A stretch of 64,000 nucleotides of DNA, taken from the NCBI GenBank assembly GCA_965644265.1, contig OZ286461.1, positions 77,314,001 through 77,378,000 on the forward strand, given 5' to 3'. The stretch's first letter is position 1. Every line of letters begins with the position of its first letter. A program made the position numbers and the translations under genes. The notes beneath the pieces are model-generated. The model saw only the letters and a list, made by a program, of their open reading frames with translations. It made no database searches and was not told the DNA's origin. This DNA is from Glycera tridactyla (taxonomy: Eukaryota). This document shows positions 9,784 through 24,713 of the stretch, piece by piece.

Positions 9784-10643
9784 AGACGGGTATCCCTGAT
9801 TGTCAATCATCAGTCGAGAACCTATGGCTGTAGATTATACGTTTCATAGGTGTCACTCTGATTGACGGGTCTGAAGCCTCATGTGACTTTGATGATGATA
9901 GACAAAAGACTCACGATTTCCAGCGATCGGTCATGCAGAACTACAACTTCCGGGAAAGTTATCACGGAAATAGACGCTATGCCCCACATCTGACGATTTG
10001 CTGAGCTCTTAGGTCAATCTAGCATTGTAAAAGTCTGTTCAGTTTGTAGTCAATACTTATCAGAATTTCTGAATTGTGATGCCCGTGCAGCAGGCGCGAG
10101 AGGGGAGTCTCTAATGGATGGTTCACCAATAATCAATTTACACACAAACAGCCTTACATATACACACGCATACAAACTCACACAAGGTATCATTTCTTGT
10201 CAAATGATGCTAATTTTCGTTACTTCTCAGGCAGGAAAACGTGTGAATTGGAAATGTAAGAGGATAAAAGGATGAAAGGATGAATAGATGGGAAAGTTAT
10301 TTTGGGCGGAAACACACTAAGACGATCTGGCATGTATGTGACCATTGCATCTGATAGAACCTCATTCTTTTCGAATGCAACTGCAACATAGTGAAACGGA
10401 CAAAGTGCATTGGCCGGAGAATAGAAGGAAGGGAATGACAGTCACGTGAAATCAGACATAATGTCACTCGATTCTGATGCAGTCTGCGAACATCGCAAAT
10501 CTATCGTAATAAGGCAAGAACGATTACCATGTGGTCCGAAAAATGCTGGATTTTTAAAGCATGTATATCCAGTCGATAGTACAAGTAGAATGTGATTTCT
10601 ATTTCCATTAGCCCATTACGAGTGAATTGCGCCCAGAGATATT

Positions 10644-10654
10644 TCATCATCATT

Positions 10655-10721
<67 letters not shown>
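10644..10721. repeat. (ATC)n microsatellite
   Basis: Directly visible. Confidence 0.97.
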
Positions 10722-13700
10722 ATGGCCTATTTGATGAGATATGTGCGGTATATGCGACCTGTATAGGGCTACAAACTTAGTATTGCTCCTTTTTCCCCTC
10801 CCCTGGCTAAACCATGAATGCTCAATCTAAGTCACATTTATCGCATGGAGTGATAGTCCATTCGTTAGTTTGACATGCCGAACAACGTTTTTCCCCGTGA
10901 ATCAGATATTCATCGTGATCGAAGGTTGAGAGAGCTACATCTTTGACATTGTATTCTAAACATTCGAAACTGCCGTTTTTTATTACCCATTTTGACGTGG
11001 AGAGAGAGTGACCAATGACCATCAAGATAGAGCTAAACAAGGAGCGTTAACGTGAATTATTATATCACCAACTCTAGATGCCGGATTGGGGCTATTTTAG
11101 TCCAATTTTGCACATCTACACTGATGCTCCGCGAAGAAACTCAAAGATCGACGATTATAGCACCTAGCATTGAAGAATGTTAAAAACAGAATATGCAGAA
11201 CAAACAGAATACAGTATTTTTGGTGAAGTAATGGGTTTCAACAGCACGATAAACAACCACAAACCTTGTATCATGTTGTCACAACTATCAGAATTCTGTA
11301 CTTCTTTGCTGCCAATGGCGTACCATCTAATTGGTTCTACCTGTTTGGTTCGGTTGCATGATATATAGTCGATTGGGGATGAAGGGGTTCACGGTGAAGT
11401 TCAAATGCTATCATTGCTGACTCGATCGAAATCTATCTCATCAGCCGTGTTCGATCCGTACTCCACATGGCCTCATTACTTGCCGACAACATTTCTAATT
11501 TATCTTTTTACTGATTACATGCAACGCTGGAAAATGTTTCATCAAAATCGATTGGACAGATCAGTAGTGATACTCCAGCTGATCAACGTGAGATCGCTCA
11601 GATGGCTTCACCGATCTGTAGTGAAGTCCGCCCCCTGTTCATTGTTGGTTCTAATTACCCCGGCATGTTGCCCCCGTTTGTGTTAGTTACAGGAAGATGT
11701 ATCGATGTACTCCGTTATAGTCTGTCAAGTAACTGTATCACCTAGTAGATCAACTCACATTCATCACGATGAGGATGGATTCAGAACTGTACCTACAACC
11801 GAATTCAAATCGTGGCGGGTACGTTTTTCGTCCTAGCATCGCCAGTTTGCGTCGGATTCATACGAAACACGCTGACAGACGTTATTGACATCGCCGGTGA
11901 TGAAATAGGTGAACTCTATGAATTTACCTTGTCTGTTTCACACTGGAATGCCAAATATGTCGATTTCACGCTGGTATCACGGCGAGTGCAGAGGCCGTTT
12001 CTCCACTGTTTCACATACAAATATGCGCTGATAATGCCGGCAGATTCGCCGAATAAAATCAATGATTTGATTGCGTAATCCTCTCCAAAACATGCAGACT
12101 ATCCGAAACCAGGTTGGATGATCGCCAGAAGACCTATACAATACATTCGTGTCATTAAAACTCAGATCAGACAAAAAATGGCAAATTCATCGTGTGAAAC
12201 GTACCCACCAAATTTGGATTGCCAGAGTTTACTAGGCTTCATGGTACTGACATTGATTGATGTTCCCTGACTGTTGCCTTGTTTGATGAGAGACTCATGA
12301 CAGAAATCAAACCTAATTCAACTCAACTCGAACATTTCTTTCTCCAGGGAGATTTCATCATGAGCCTGTGGCATCACTTAAGAATTACGGCTCAGAATGA
12401 CTCGCCAGTTTCGCTGACGACCGCAAATTATGAAAGAGTATATCATGTCAGGGACATTCACCTAGAGAAGTTTCACTTTCGGAACTGCAAAGGCATGAGG
12501 AGTCTAAAACATTGTGTGTAGTCCAGTAGAAGTTGTTTTTTGTGAGGGGGTTACGTTTGAATATCAAGGATGTGTATCGCCACCATATATGGATTTTGTG
12601 CCCAGCTGTTGGGAGAGTTGATCAATTAGTCTGATGCTAGAAGGTGCGAGCCGACCACCGCCACACTGGGGGCTCACCTACCACCCCTCTAGCAACGGCG
12701 GAGGAGTAACAATCTTCTACTCACTGCCCCATTGACTCGCATACAAATCTGTAACGTCAGTAGTGTTTCACAACCTTCACTAGCAGTCCACACCTCTCCA
12801 TTTGAATATCTGTGAATGCGAACAGTTCCCTTCGAACCTCGAGCAAGTACGCTCGAAACCACACAAAGAGGAAGATGCCATTCATCCATCCATCCATCCG
12901 TCCAATGATTGTAAGTGTTACTATCCACAATACAGTATCAATAGTATTTATTATAATCATCATTATCATCATCATCATCATCATTATTATCATAATCGAT
13001 GGAGATGCGGGTAAATCCAGCAACAATGGATCGATTTATCCAATATACCCCTTGGCATGCATGGTATCGTAATTGCCCAACAAAACTACCCCAGATTATA
13101 CTGATGTATATTCTCACTCATCCAGACAGATCCCGATATGGAGAAAAACAAAAGCTGAACTTGTGTATTCACAGCGAGTGTGACGTTGCAGCTAGATCGA
13201 CTAGCCTTCGACGGGCTGTGAACTCTTTGGGCTGTCACAGTCGTTGTGAGTACGAAAGTCCAGTTTGTGACCCATTTTCCATACGCCAGATTTTGTTGGC
13301 GTCTTGAGTCTCCAATTCTCTTGCCCTCGTATACAAAATGAAAAGAGAAATGGTTTGTTTGAAGGTACAAAGCAATTTCCGGGCTGACGAGAAGACATGA
13401 GTTTGTTTGAAATTCCCGCCATGGTCATTTGAAACCCCACCAATAGCAGCAAGAAAAACTGTCTTTCCTGGATTTTCCTGAATTGAGATATGCTTCATGG
13501 CATCCTGCTAAACTACGAGTTAATGATCGATGGACAAAAGTCGAGAAGTTCCATGTACTTTTGTAAAGTTAACGATGCTCACTTGCATATAGTTACTTTC
13601 ACCCCAATCAACATCACGGACATTCATTCGGCGATGCTCGGAGAGAGTAGTGAACTGGTCTACAACCTCTAGGCAATGCAAGACCTTGACTCTGATGCAA

Positions 13701-15841
13701 TCTGATTTCTGTGGCTAATTTCATTCAGTCATCTCAGTGCTAATCTTACCAATTCGAAGGCTTTCAAAGCAACGTGTGTGGAATTCTGGTATTGGCTGTT
13801 CTGGTGGTTGCAGTGATATCCCGATTTCACCCTTGGTCTCGATCTGGTCAGTGTCACCGGAGAAAGATACAATATTCTTTCTGTGAGGTAACAACTAGCA
13901 ACGTATCATTCCGCTTGCATCTTTCAATGTGAGTAATTATTGCTGTTGATAAGTTATTGAAAATAATCATTGTAAAGCCTGTGGTAGAGGATAGATAGAT
14001 ATTACATTATTTGTGTTCGTCGCACATAGTACATGTAATAGATGACCTGTGTTCGGGAGATATTTCAGAGAGAGTGTATACATAGATGGTGGATTCGATA
14101 GATCGATCAGGGATAAGATTGTGGGAAGACATATCGGAATTGCAATAAACTTCATTTGGAAACGAAAATACAATTAGCCGCTCAAGACGACCTTCTCCAG
14201 TATATTGTTTGTGATGTTAGTTTAAGTGCAAGTAACAGCAGTACATAGGTAGCGAGAATATTGTCAAAGCTGATAGAAGGTAATATCTGCTATTTCGATG
14301 ATTTCATATTTGACGTATATAATTGTAGCAGAGTATTTGCATTTCAACCATGTTAAAGTTATACAGGGTACAAAGTCATATGTCCAGGTACTGGCTCCTG
14401 AAATCAGGAGCGATTTCACCGGATATGAGGATGGGAAGGTTGAAGTCGCTCCTACTTCCGTTGTCGGCCTATCAAACCCACTCTTGCATGATACATCAAG
14501 GCAACGACTAACCTACTCACTGACAGAATAAAAAACGGAATTACCTATGTGACCAAATGTATCAGCAAGTAGGGAAACTCTATTCGGATCTCTTTCTATC
14601 TTTCACTGATCTTTTCGACGTCAGAACGAACATGCAGAAAATATGAGCAGTGATCAAGTTTTGATTTTGAGTTGGCATTCAGTTTCTTTGAGATATTCGT
14701 CGTTTCAGTGTTTTCACCACCTGGGCTGGCAATCATCTGTTTTTGATCCAGCATCTCCATTTCCGCCATTATCATCCACAGATGACATCTATAACAAGAG
14801 TAGAATCTATACTAGAATCCAGTTAGATGAGGACAATAACACCAACAAATAGGTCGATGATGAAGACGCCGATGGTTTAATGCACGAGGATGAGATTTTT
14901 TTATTTGGAAGTGCATTGAATCAAGATAGGTAATGGCGGCTGTACGTCATACCGATTGTCACTGGGAAAAACACACCTTACGGCCGAGTCACTTGACATT
15001 TCCCAGTCTATCAGCCCTTGAACACACAATAACCTTGAGAATGCTTCCTGTTTCTGGGTCCATTTTTCTGATAGCAAATGACCATTGAAACAACATTCCG
15101 ACTAATTGGAGAGCGTCAGCTCATCTGTTTCCTGCTGCTTTTGAGTGAATGTTAGATGAATTGTCCGAATGGAAAAGACCACTTTAATCCTAATTCACTA
15201 TCTTTCACCATTCACAGTCCTAATTCTCTTCTGATATCATACTAATCTGTCATCTTGCATAGATGTTCATTGGTTGACTTACGATACAGGGTAACCATAA
15301 CTGATATTATTCATATCAAACCCAGTCACGTCACGCAGTAGAATATGACTCCCTAGTGAGTCTCATAAGACGGCCAGACAGCAATTTCAGACATATTTAG
15401 GTAATGAATTTGTCTTCACATAATTCCATACTGTTGTTGAGCAGAATTGGATTTTTCAACTTTTTATCTCAGTATATTGCATGATTTACGATCATCGAAC
15501 TCCGTTTACAGAATATTCATGTCTGGGATTATATGTGAATAATCTAGATTCGTATGCACACTAAATGCATGTTGGGTCAGGTGGTCCCGCGAGCTGAATT
15601 TTCGATCACGAGAGATAATATACAAATAAGCTAATTCTCCGAACATCTTCAAGGATAAACAAGAGGGAAAAGCAGGACCATCGACTTTCTCTCCTTCTGA
15701 AGGGAGGGGGGGGGGTCTGAATCGAAGTTGGAGATGTCCCTAGAAATGGCCGTGATATCTGGTCATCTGTGAAAAATTCCCGATTGCGATGTTCACAAGA
15801 AAGTACGAGAGATTGTTATCCAGTGTGGTGTTGTGATAAGT

Positions 15842-16103
15842 CCTCATGATATCTATTTGGGTGGGGTGTACTTCATGATGGTTATATGCATGACCTCATA
15901 ATGTCTATTTGGGTTGGGTGTATTTCATGATGGTTATATGCATGACCTCATGATATCTATTTGGGTGGGGTGTATTTCATGATGATTATAAGCATGACCT
16001 CATAATATCTATTTGGGTGGGGTGTATTTCATGATGATTATAAGCATGACCTCATAATATCTTTTTGGGTGGGGTGTATTTCATGATGGCTATATGCATG
16101 ACC
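15842..16103. repeat. 52-bp minisatellite, 5 units
   Basis: CCTCAT.AT.TCT.TTTGGGT recurs at 15842, 15894, 15946, 15998 and 16050. Confidence 0.95.
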
Positions 16104-17792
16104 CTTCCAGTTCGGATCCTTAATCCTGATCCTATAGTGTTACCCTTTAGCGTTGAAAATATTAACACGAATATCATCCATGAATCCATGTTGGGACGTA
16201 TGGTGAAATTCGGCTTACCTGGCGAGATTATGACCATGCAAATCCATTTGAGTAGCAGAGGTGAGTATGACTGATGGTGGATTCCTGTGATTCATCTTGA
16301 TCACCATCTTGATGCGTCATCATGCGGCATGATGTGGTGATGATTTACTGGTCAGCAGCCTCTCATCCCCGCCAACCTTTCGAAACTTGACACCTTGGTG
16401 AATTGCGGAGGCGAAACGCAGACATTACATCAATTCCACTCCTAACATATATCATAGGAGAGAAGCATAGGCGATAGATCCGGTATCATACAGTCTGTTT
16501 CGTTGACCGATTTTGACAGGAGAACTGCCCATCATTGTCTGAGAGGACTACCAAAGTAACTCGCAGGGGGGTCTAATATTCAGCGTGCCTGGATTATTAA
16601 TCAATGTGTCTTGATCATCGAGACCAAGGAAAATTGAGCAAGGAATATCGAACTGCACATTGTGATTCCACAACTGACAAGGACAGCTCTTTCTTGTCTT
16701 TTGTTGACATGATTCACAGGACAGGATACCAACCAAATATTCACCGGGCTACTTCTATTCTGACATATGGACTCTCGAGTCAGACTTGATCAAGCGTTAG
16801 GAGGAACCGGAAGCTTTGCAGGCTCAAAGGTATTCAGCAAACGACTTCACTGATCTGGTCCTGTCTCTGTAATTGACGATATCTCAGGAGACTGCCATTG
16901 ATTTCCTCGAGTCGACAANNNNNNNNNNNNNNNNNNNNNNNNNNNNNNNNNNNNNNNNNNNNNNNNNNNNNNNNNNNNNNNNNNNNNNNNNNNNNNNNNN
17001 NNNNNNNNNNNNNNNNNNNNNNNNNNNNNNNNNNNNNNNNNNNNNNNNNNNNNNNNNNNNNNNNNNNNNNNNNNNCGATAGACGACATGCCCGCATANNN
17101 NNNNNNNNNNNNNNNNNNNNNNNNNNNNNNNNNNNNNNNNNNNNNNNNNNNNNNNNNNNNNNNNNNNNNNNNNNNNNNNNNNNNNNNNNNNNNNNNNNNN
17201 NNNNNNNNNNNNNNNNNNNNNNNNNNNNNNNNNNNNTGTGGACTCCCGTCCCGTCCTTGGCCGCCTTTTGATATCATACAGGGATGTTCGCGACCTAGTC
17301 CCCTTCTTTCCTCCTGTGACATCTGTCCCAAGGACGTGCCCTCCTAGGGACACTCTGATCTCGTTGAAAGCAGCACAGGCTATGTCGGCCAGAGTGACTC
17401 CGGCATTCCCGGCACGTTATCAATTACATGTGCGTAATTGGCGTGGTCGGCTCGGGCAAAGAACACATTATGAGACAAAAACAGGCAAGCATCCAGACAA
17501 ATTCAATTAAACATCCTGTCTCTGGAGAGACTCTGCATGATAAGATCAGTCAATTCAACAGTTAGCATCGATACTTTAGCCAAATAATGGATCATTGCAT
17601 GCGTGGCAACAGAAAACACAGGTATTGCAATGCAATTCCGAACATGCTTTTTGTAGCCGCTTCAGAATAACTATCCATGCTACCATGAGGAATGCATGAA
17701 TAGATGAATGAATGAATGAATGAATGAATGAATGAATGAATGTAGATATGTACTTTCTTTCCATGAACAAAATATGGAATGGGGAATAATAC

Positions 17793-18285
17793 TTGTTTGT
17801 CAGTTAGTTTGTTTGTTTGTTTGTTTGACTGTTTTGACTGATCTCAGTCCAGTACCACTGTCAGGGCCTGAAGATTCTGATCTTCAACCCTTTGCCCTGT
17901 GATTGAATTTTGAACCTCCTCTCTTGTGCCTGCATGTGTGTGTATGGTGAGGAGGTGTATCAATGTAGCTGGTTTCGGTAGTCACTTATTATAGTGCCAC
18001 TGCTTACCTAGGGCCATTGTTTTCAGATCCCAGGTAGGTGCTCACACCATCACCCAGCCCTGGTGGTGTGTAGCTCATGCATCTTTCTGTGTTTTGAGCT
18101 CAACACTGGGGGGCCCAGACCACTCGCGTAGTCTGTGACAATCTGCGTAGTGTATGTTTCACCCATACCAGTACTGCATCCTCACAACCCAGCCGCAGTC
18201 ACCTATCCCAAGACCAGCTGCAGCCACAGCTGTTTTACGTTTGGGTCAAGTGTGAAAACGCTACTACTACACCATGCAGCTCCCC
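17793..18285 (-). mobile_element. SINE family A copy 1 (tRNA/5S-like head, (CAAA)n tail)
   Basis: Collinear with 48474-48972 (+) and 55328-55873 (-). Head GGGGAGCTGC(A/G)TGGTGTAGT, tail (AAAC)n. Confidence 0.8.
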
Positions 18286-21200
18286 AAAACAACGTTTGCC
18301 AGACGTCTAAAAACGTATCCTTTCTAAGTACAATTTTTACTGAATTCATTGTAAAACTCCATAATCCTGCATACATAGTGATGAGGACTAGAAATCACGG
18401 CTCACAGAATGCATAACTGATACGTTTGGATACATTCAACAGAGTCTGTCCTCAAAGTCTGTCAGCCTCCAGAGTCTGTATGCCTTCAGAGTCTATCTTT
18501 CATTGGATACAACAGAAATTAAGCAACTGCGCACATACCAGTGGCTGATGAAGAGAAGCGCATCCCTATATTATCAGTATCGCCTGACAACCTGCTGAAG
18601 AGTGAGCCTTCCTCATCGCTCGAAAAATACAACCACAGATGCAGAGCTAATTACTTGAGCTGAGCACTCTGCAATCACCAGCAATGCATTTTGCTTATTA
18701 TCCCACCTGCATGAGTACCAAGGTTCCTGCGTGAAGTGGAGTACCAAGGTTCCAGATTATCACTCCCAGCATGGGGATTCATCCGACCTACACCTTTTGT
18801 CTCGGTCTCTCCGCTCATTATCTGGTCCAGAGTATGGAGGTCATTCTAGCTAATCGTAGTTGGAACGGTAGCCTTTAATTAAATTTGGTGTCAATCGCGA
18901 CATGAACATGCCAACAAGAATTGGCTCCTCGCAAGTCTGACATCTAGAGCTCTGACCATATCAGTCGAGCAGACAGTCTGGCGATACACACAACGCAGAC
19001 NNNNNNNNNNNNNNNNNNNNNNNNNNNNNNNNNNNNNNNNNNNNNNNNNNNNNNNNNNNNNNNNNNNNNNNNNNNNNNNNNNNNNNNNNNNNNNNNNNNN
19101 NNNNNNNNNNNNNNNNNNNNNNNNNNNNNNNNNNNNNNNNNNNNNNNNNNNNNNNNNNNNNNNNNNNNNNNNNNNNTATCACAGAACCACCCTATTTGAC
19201 TGGAGAAAAAACATATCCTCTGCGTGATATAATCTCAAGGTCCTTCAGCTTCTCTCCGGAATGAGTCATTTGTAGCAAGATATGACAATGTAGCAAATGG
19301 CTCATTGTCACTGAGTGATAGAGGCATGGAATCAGCAAGATAATGGTAAGCGTTATACCGGGTAGTCTTCTACATGATGCCTAACTATGGACGTGTACGT
19401 GTAAATATGCAATCATGCCGCTCTATTATCGCCCAACGTTAATCGTAGCCGCCTTCAGCAGCATCCATTACCCCCATCATCGCCCAATTACATCCACGCT
19501 CATAGCAATTGTCACGGATAGGACACCTTTGCCATCTTTTGTTGAGGAATAAGGCAAATCAGCCTATTCGGTACGAGGATATATGTAAATCGTAAGTATA
19601 TTCACCAAGTCGTTGAATCCACATCCGAAAATACGTGAAAGCACTGGAATTCCGTGCAACTTTCTATTCAAGCTTGAAAATGCTTCAAAGGCTTTAAAAT
19701 TGTATTCGACTTCGATGAGCGCGCTTCGACATTCATTTCTATCGTTGCCTCGTGAAATCAACATGGATACGGATATATATTAATTGTTTCTAACAGATGA
19801 GTAATGCTTGTTTTTTCTCCCCTGTAGAATGCATTGTTTATACTCTCAGTACATCTGCGCTTTGATATAATATCCGTCAATATCCTATTTATGGTACCAT
19901 TATTCTCATCGTCTTACAAAAAAATGCTGTAGTGCTCCGCATGATATTGATTTTCTCCAGTTCACATAGTATCATTCATGAAGTACCACTCGCCATTGAA
20001 ATTGCAGATATAATAACAATTTCATATTCAGAAACAGAAGTTTCATATTACAGAACATCTTGCAAGTTCCCTGAATGTCTTCTGATTACTGAAAGTAAAA
20101 TGGACTGGACTCATGAAACATGTGTATAAAACATGCATGGGTGTGAAAGAGAAACCAAGTGGTGTTCATGAAGTCGATATGGCGGAGACGTTGCGTAATT
20201 CTCTTGAAGGTGATAGAGGACCACACTATAAGATGCGACCTAGTGCCATCCAATCCACTATTAATCAAAAAATGATTGTGACGCCGCTAATCACCGGGAT
20301 CGTTACTTGAATCGTATATCATGGATCTTACCATTCTGCTCATTGTAAAAATTGATTTGATGAACCACGTTCACTGGATATTGATGACTTATGATATCAC
20401 TGTCAGGTGACATGATTTTCATGTGATTGAAAGATAGACTGTCAAGAAACATTAGAGTTTCTAACCTCACTTTACATGCAAATCATCACTACTGATACAT
20501 CCACACAGCTTCATAGCAATATTTCTCTTCACTGATGAATCTTCTCAGTCATCCAGTCGGTTCCAATATGGGGAGATAAATTAATAAACTGGACTTAGTA
20601 CTCACAACGAACGTGACGCTGGGGATAGAACCTCTAGCCTTCGACGGACAGTGAACACTTCTTGATCCCCTTCTTGTTGAGTGTTGGTTTCTCTGTCCTC
20701 TCATAGATCGATTCCTTGACCCCTCGCTTGTACCGTCTCTGTTCATTGCCAAGTATTATCACTTCTGACTCGTCACGTTGGTGCCCGGTGGTGGTTATTT
20801 GGTTGTACACTGCAGAATCCTGTGCTTCGTTGGTACTAAGCCCAGTTTATTGATTTATCTCTTCATATCAGTCTTAACTATTTCAGTGTGAAGCTGAATA
20901 TGTAATGAATGCCTGAGTGAATATACACCTGCTATCACCGTGATAGGGCGATATCTGAGGTGTATCTTACCGTCTGGAGATGCGCGCAAGTGATGCAGTG
21001 ATATTTCGTGACTGGCCGTTTCATGGACTTCTAGCATAGCAAATTGCCACGCGTTGCACTTCTGTCACCGAACTGCCAAATTCAATCAATTGCCACCTGA
21101 GACTAATTAAGGCTCTCACTGAGTGAACTCGGATATATTGCAACTTTTAGAGGATGGAGTGAAACGTGAAGCATCTTGGTGGTTATTTTATCTCTGTATG

Positions 21201-21829
21201 TTGGCAGCCAGAAAACGTTCACAGTCAGAGCATGACCAATCATTGATTGACTTTATTGGTCCATTTTTTCAGCGCAGACCATTTAAACACATTGCTCTAC
21301 TTTTCATCAGGAGATGGCAGGCTACAATTCAAAGCATATCATCTTCGTTCGAACTACCATACTTGGAGCATCATTCGGTTTATAATGCTCACAAATCCCG
21401 CCAGCATGAGCTCGGGTCATAGTCTGACAGGCTAGCGAGAGACGCAAAAAGACATATGTGCATTCTACTTCTCGTATCAAGCCATGTCAAGCTGGGTCAC
21501 AGTATGCAGTGCATGCTCTCTCTATTGCATTTATCCATGAATCCGAAGATGGTGTCATAAAATCATTCAAACTTTTGGTTCACCTATTGACTTCCATCAA
21601 CTTGAAAATTCGAAATTCTGAAGGGAAAAGCCGACCTAGATTGAATGAAGGTCAATCTATCCGATGTGACGTTGCGTGTATTGTCAGATATCTCATATTC
21701 AAAGGTAGCCTTACAATATAGGTTTCATGTTTACTGAAGGGTTACTTGGTTGTTTTTTCAATGGATTGGATTTTCCATGCTTCGTGAGTATCAACATGGT
21801 TATATCGCATCGTCCATGCCATTGGCATT

Positions 21830-22012
21830 GGGGCCTGCCCTGGTGGCTCAGTGGTAGCATGCTGGGCTGGTGTGCAATGGGTCTGGGGTTCAATCCCCAG
21901 TCCTACCATGCAGGGATGTTTCACCCTTCATCTTCGCTCCTCCTTGGCAGGTGGTCTGATTTAGCCTACTCAACTGCAGAAAGTGGACCTAAAACCTTAA
22001 CATTTAATTCCA
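21830..22012 (+). mobile_element. tRNA-derived SINE family C
   Basis: A box TGGCTCAGTGG (21844-54) and B box GGTTCAATCC (21887-96). Continues into a non-tRNA body and an AAAGTGGACCTAAAACC tail-like end. Confidence 0.7.
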
Positions 22013-22385
22013 TCTTTTTTCCATTGACATTGGTGGTACATCATTTATTAATACCGTCCATGTCTCTCCCTCAAATTCTGCATCCCCCATGCCTAACTAC
22101 CTTCGCCCGAACTTTCACAAGTGAAAACCTTCACTAAATGGACCCTCATGTCTCCCCGCCACTAGAGCCACCTAATGCAAATATCGCACTACGCCTGTGG
22201 TGCTCACGGATTTAGTGACCGGAACTGCTAGTGTATACACACATAGGATGTAGTTAGGCCACGTCACAGATTTGTGAGCATTTAGATCACTTCGAGTTAC
22301 GAGGTGAATTAGCGTGTGAGCGCACGTTCCACCGTGTCAGACACAGTGATGAAGTCAAGGAAACGCGTGCCACACTGTTTGTTTA

Positions 22386-23480
22386 TTGTACACTGTTTCG
22401 AAATGTCTTCGTAAGAAGGCTGTGACTTTCATATTATTCTGTACTGTTGATATCAAATATTGTTGCAAAATGCCGTCGCGGGAGGCCATGTGTGGCCACT
22501 CCTCTGCAGCCTGGGACACTCATGATGTCTGTCCTTCATGTAGGGACTGCGGGCAGGGGACAGATGAGCAGGGTGAGGAAACCGTTTGCGATGTTTGTGA
22601 GGGTTGGTCTCCAGAAACCTGGAAGAAACATTACGACCGGAGAACATACAAAAAACAGAGATATGCAATGGAAAAGTCCGTGAAAAACAGTTCCTCTGTG
22701 TCAGTCCACTCCTCAGAAGCAGGTCCCTTAGTCAGGCTTCAAAAGAGAGAACCGCCGACAATGTCTCAATCTGCACTTGAGGGCTCTTCATTTCAGGTCC
22801 CTAGTGACAAGTTGAAAGAGAAAACGAAATCCTCCAGAGCTGAATCAGTAGGCTCTAAGAGAGGACCCACAACCAACATATGAGCCATTAGTGCAAGACT
22901 GTTCATTTAGGGCTCAAGAGTCGGAAGAGGAATCATTCAGACCGCCCCTTGCCCCCCCCCCCTTCAGTGCAAAATCAAAGAAGGAACTAGTACAAGTTTC
23001 CACAGTTTGGGGAGGTATGCTGTGCTTGCCACAAAACATGACACAGAAACAGATCAAAGAGAGTGTAGTTAAAGTAATAGGCACCAGTAAAGAGGGCAAT
23101 GAGTTGACTACATTGTTGCCTAAATATATTGTACGGGGCACTGAAGACAAGAGAATAGATTCAGAGCCAGGCAATGATCAGAGTGCACTGGTAGCTGGGC
23201 ATCAGGAGGTATCGGATGAGGAGGTCCATCTGGTGAAAATATTTTTCACTATTGTTGTGAAGTTCGAGTGTGGGCAGTTGGGCATGGGGGATGCAGAATT
23301 TGAGGGAGAGAGAGGTAGGTATTAACATCCAGGTTAGATGAATAAACCGGGGGTAGTTACTCAACTTCGATGACTTAGAATTAAATCAAAAACATCATAT
23401 AAGAGGATTCGAATTTTTTGGACAATGAGTGACAGGAATACGGTGATGGATGGGGTTTATTCCATATAGTTCAGCCCAAT
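22386..23480 (+). pseudogene. Decayed, internally deleted DIRS-like retroelement (Cys-rich ORF1 N-terminus plus RT remnants)
   Basis: CGH..WDTHDVCPSCRDC..CDVCEGWSPETW..RRTY resembles invertebrate DIRS gag N-termini. Downstream frameshifted remnants VWGGML, IFFTIVVK, LR..GINIQ-(Y)LD and LLNF..LEL..FEFFG echo DIRS RT motifs. Confidence 0.5.
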
Positions 23481-24713
23481 CTCCTGAATAATCTCATCTC
23501 AACGTGGAGACGCCACTGATTTCTGTCTGAATTAATGAGCAACCTAAAAACTATTCCTGGATAAGCAATATCAATAAGTTGATCCTGCAATTGTAATTTC
23601 GAACTTTTGTGCTGATTGTTAGAATCATTTGACTTGAATTATCATCACGTCCTGCAGCTTTCTGCATCAAAATCCGACTTCACTATTGTAAAGAGGGAAA
23701 GCCGACTGAGATTCAGCGCCACATCGTCGATTCGAACATGCATTTTAGTCAAATTGGATGTTTGATGTTTGAGTTTACGATCATGCGTTTCTGTTCAGTG
23801 ACTTTAGTGCATTCAATCAATGCATGGGAGTGTTATATGACTATTTTCTTCTATCACATTTTTGAGGAAATTTCTTAATTTCGATTACGCTCAGATGGAA
23901 TGTTGTCTGACGCGGGCAATTCATTCGGGCTAATTGATTAGCTCGCGATGCTACGACATGTTCGCAGCCGTCTCGCTCTATTGTATGATTGGGCATGAAT
24001 CGACGACGCACATTGACCTCACTTGACTTGTGTTAGCCTTTTGTCTCGTCATATCCTCCCCGGTACTCGAGTACGAGTTGACCTGCATCTGTCAGATAGA
24101 GAGAGAGAGTCAAGTGTGCCAACTTCTCACCTCACTCCCCTACTCTATCATAGAATGATTAAATATGCACACACCATGTTGAAGAACCATGTGGAAGAAA
24201 TAATCAAATCCATGCCAAAAAATGTGTGAGTGATTTCAATTTATTCCTGATGGATTTAGACATTCCATGCATTTTCATGAGGTGACTATATTTGGCATTT
24301 ATTTAGTCATTGGTCTGATCACGCAAACCCAAGCAATCTTTCCTAATGATGCATCAATAGCGTCGATTTTTATGGCGGGTACCTGGCATCAATATTTAAG
24401 TGGGTCATATAGTTCAAACTGAATCAAACTCATGAACTCCTTCTCTGCTGAGTACAGCTATTGTTGATTTGGGAAAATGTGTATTTCTGGGGAGCCTTTC
24501 AAGAATATATGGCACGGTAAATTCCCCTCGGTAGGTCGAAATGTTGTATCTCGAATGGACCACTGGCTTCCTGCCAGGAATATGTAGCGCCGAATATTTT
24601 TCCCAGTCTTTCAAGTGTTGCTGCTTAAATGAACGAATGTCATTCATTCCGCCTTCATCTACTCCATACTCGGTGATATGACGACTCGCTGAATGTTTGA
24701 TTGATACCTGCTG

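Noticed and set aside
11000-15500. Host-gene exons in the unique-looking region
   Set aside because: No recognisable protein motif or consistent splice-bounded frame; RNA-seq would be needed.
18595-18640. Hammerhead-like CTGAAGA...GAAA
   Set aside because: Helix II does not close directly on the core, and I found no helix III / NUH partner for GAAAAATAC nearby.
21830-21905. Functional tRNA gene
   Set aside because: A and B boxes are present, but there is no convincing acceptor or anticodon stem, and the sequence continues into a SINE-like body.
22341-22378. GTGATGA...GGAAAC inside an ACAGTG/CACTGT stem
   Set aside because: The core begins with G instead of C and there is no helix II.
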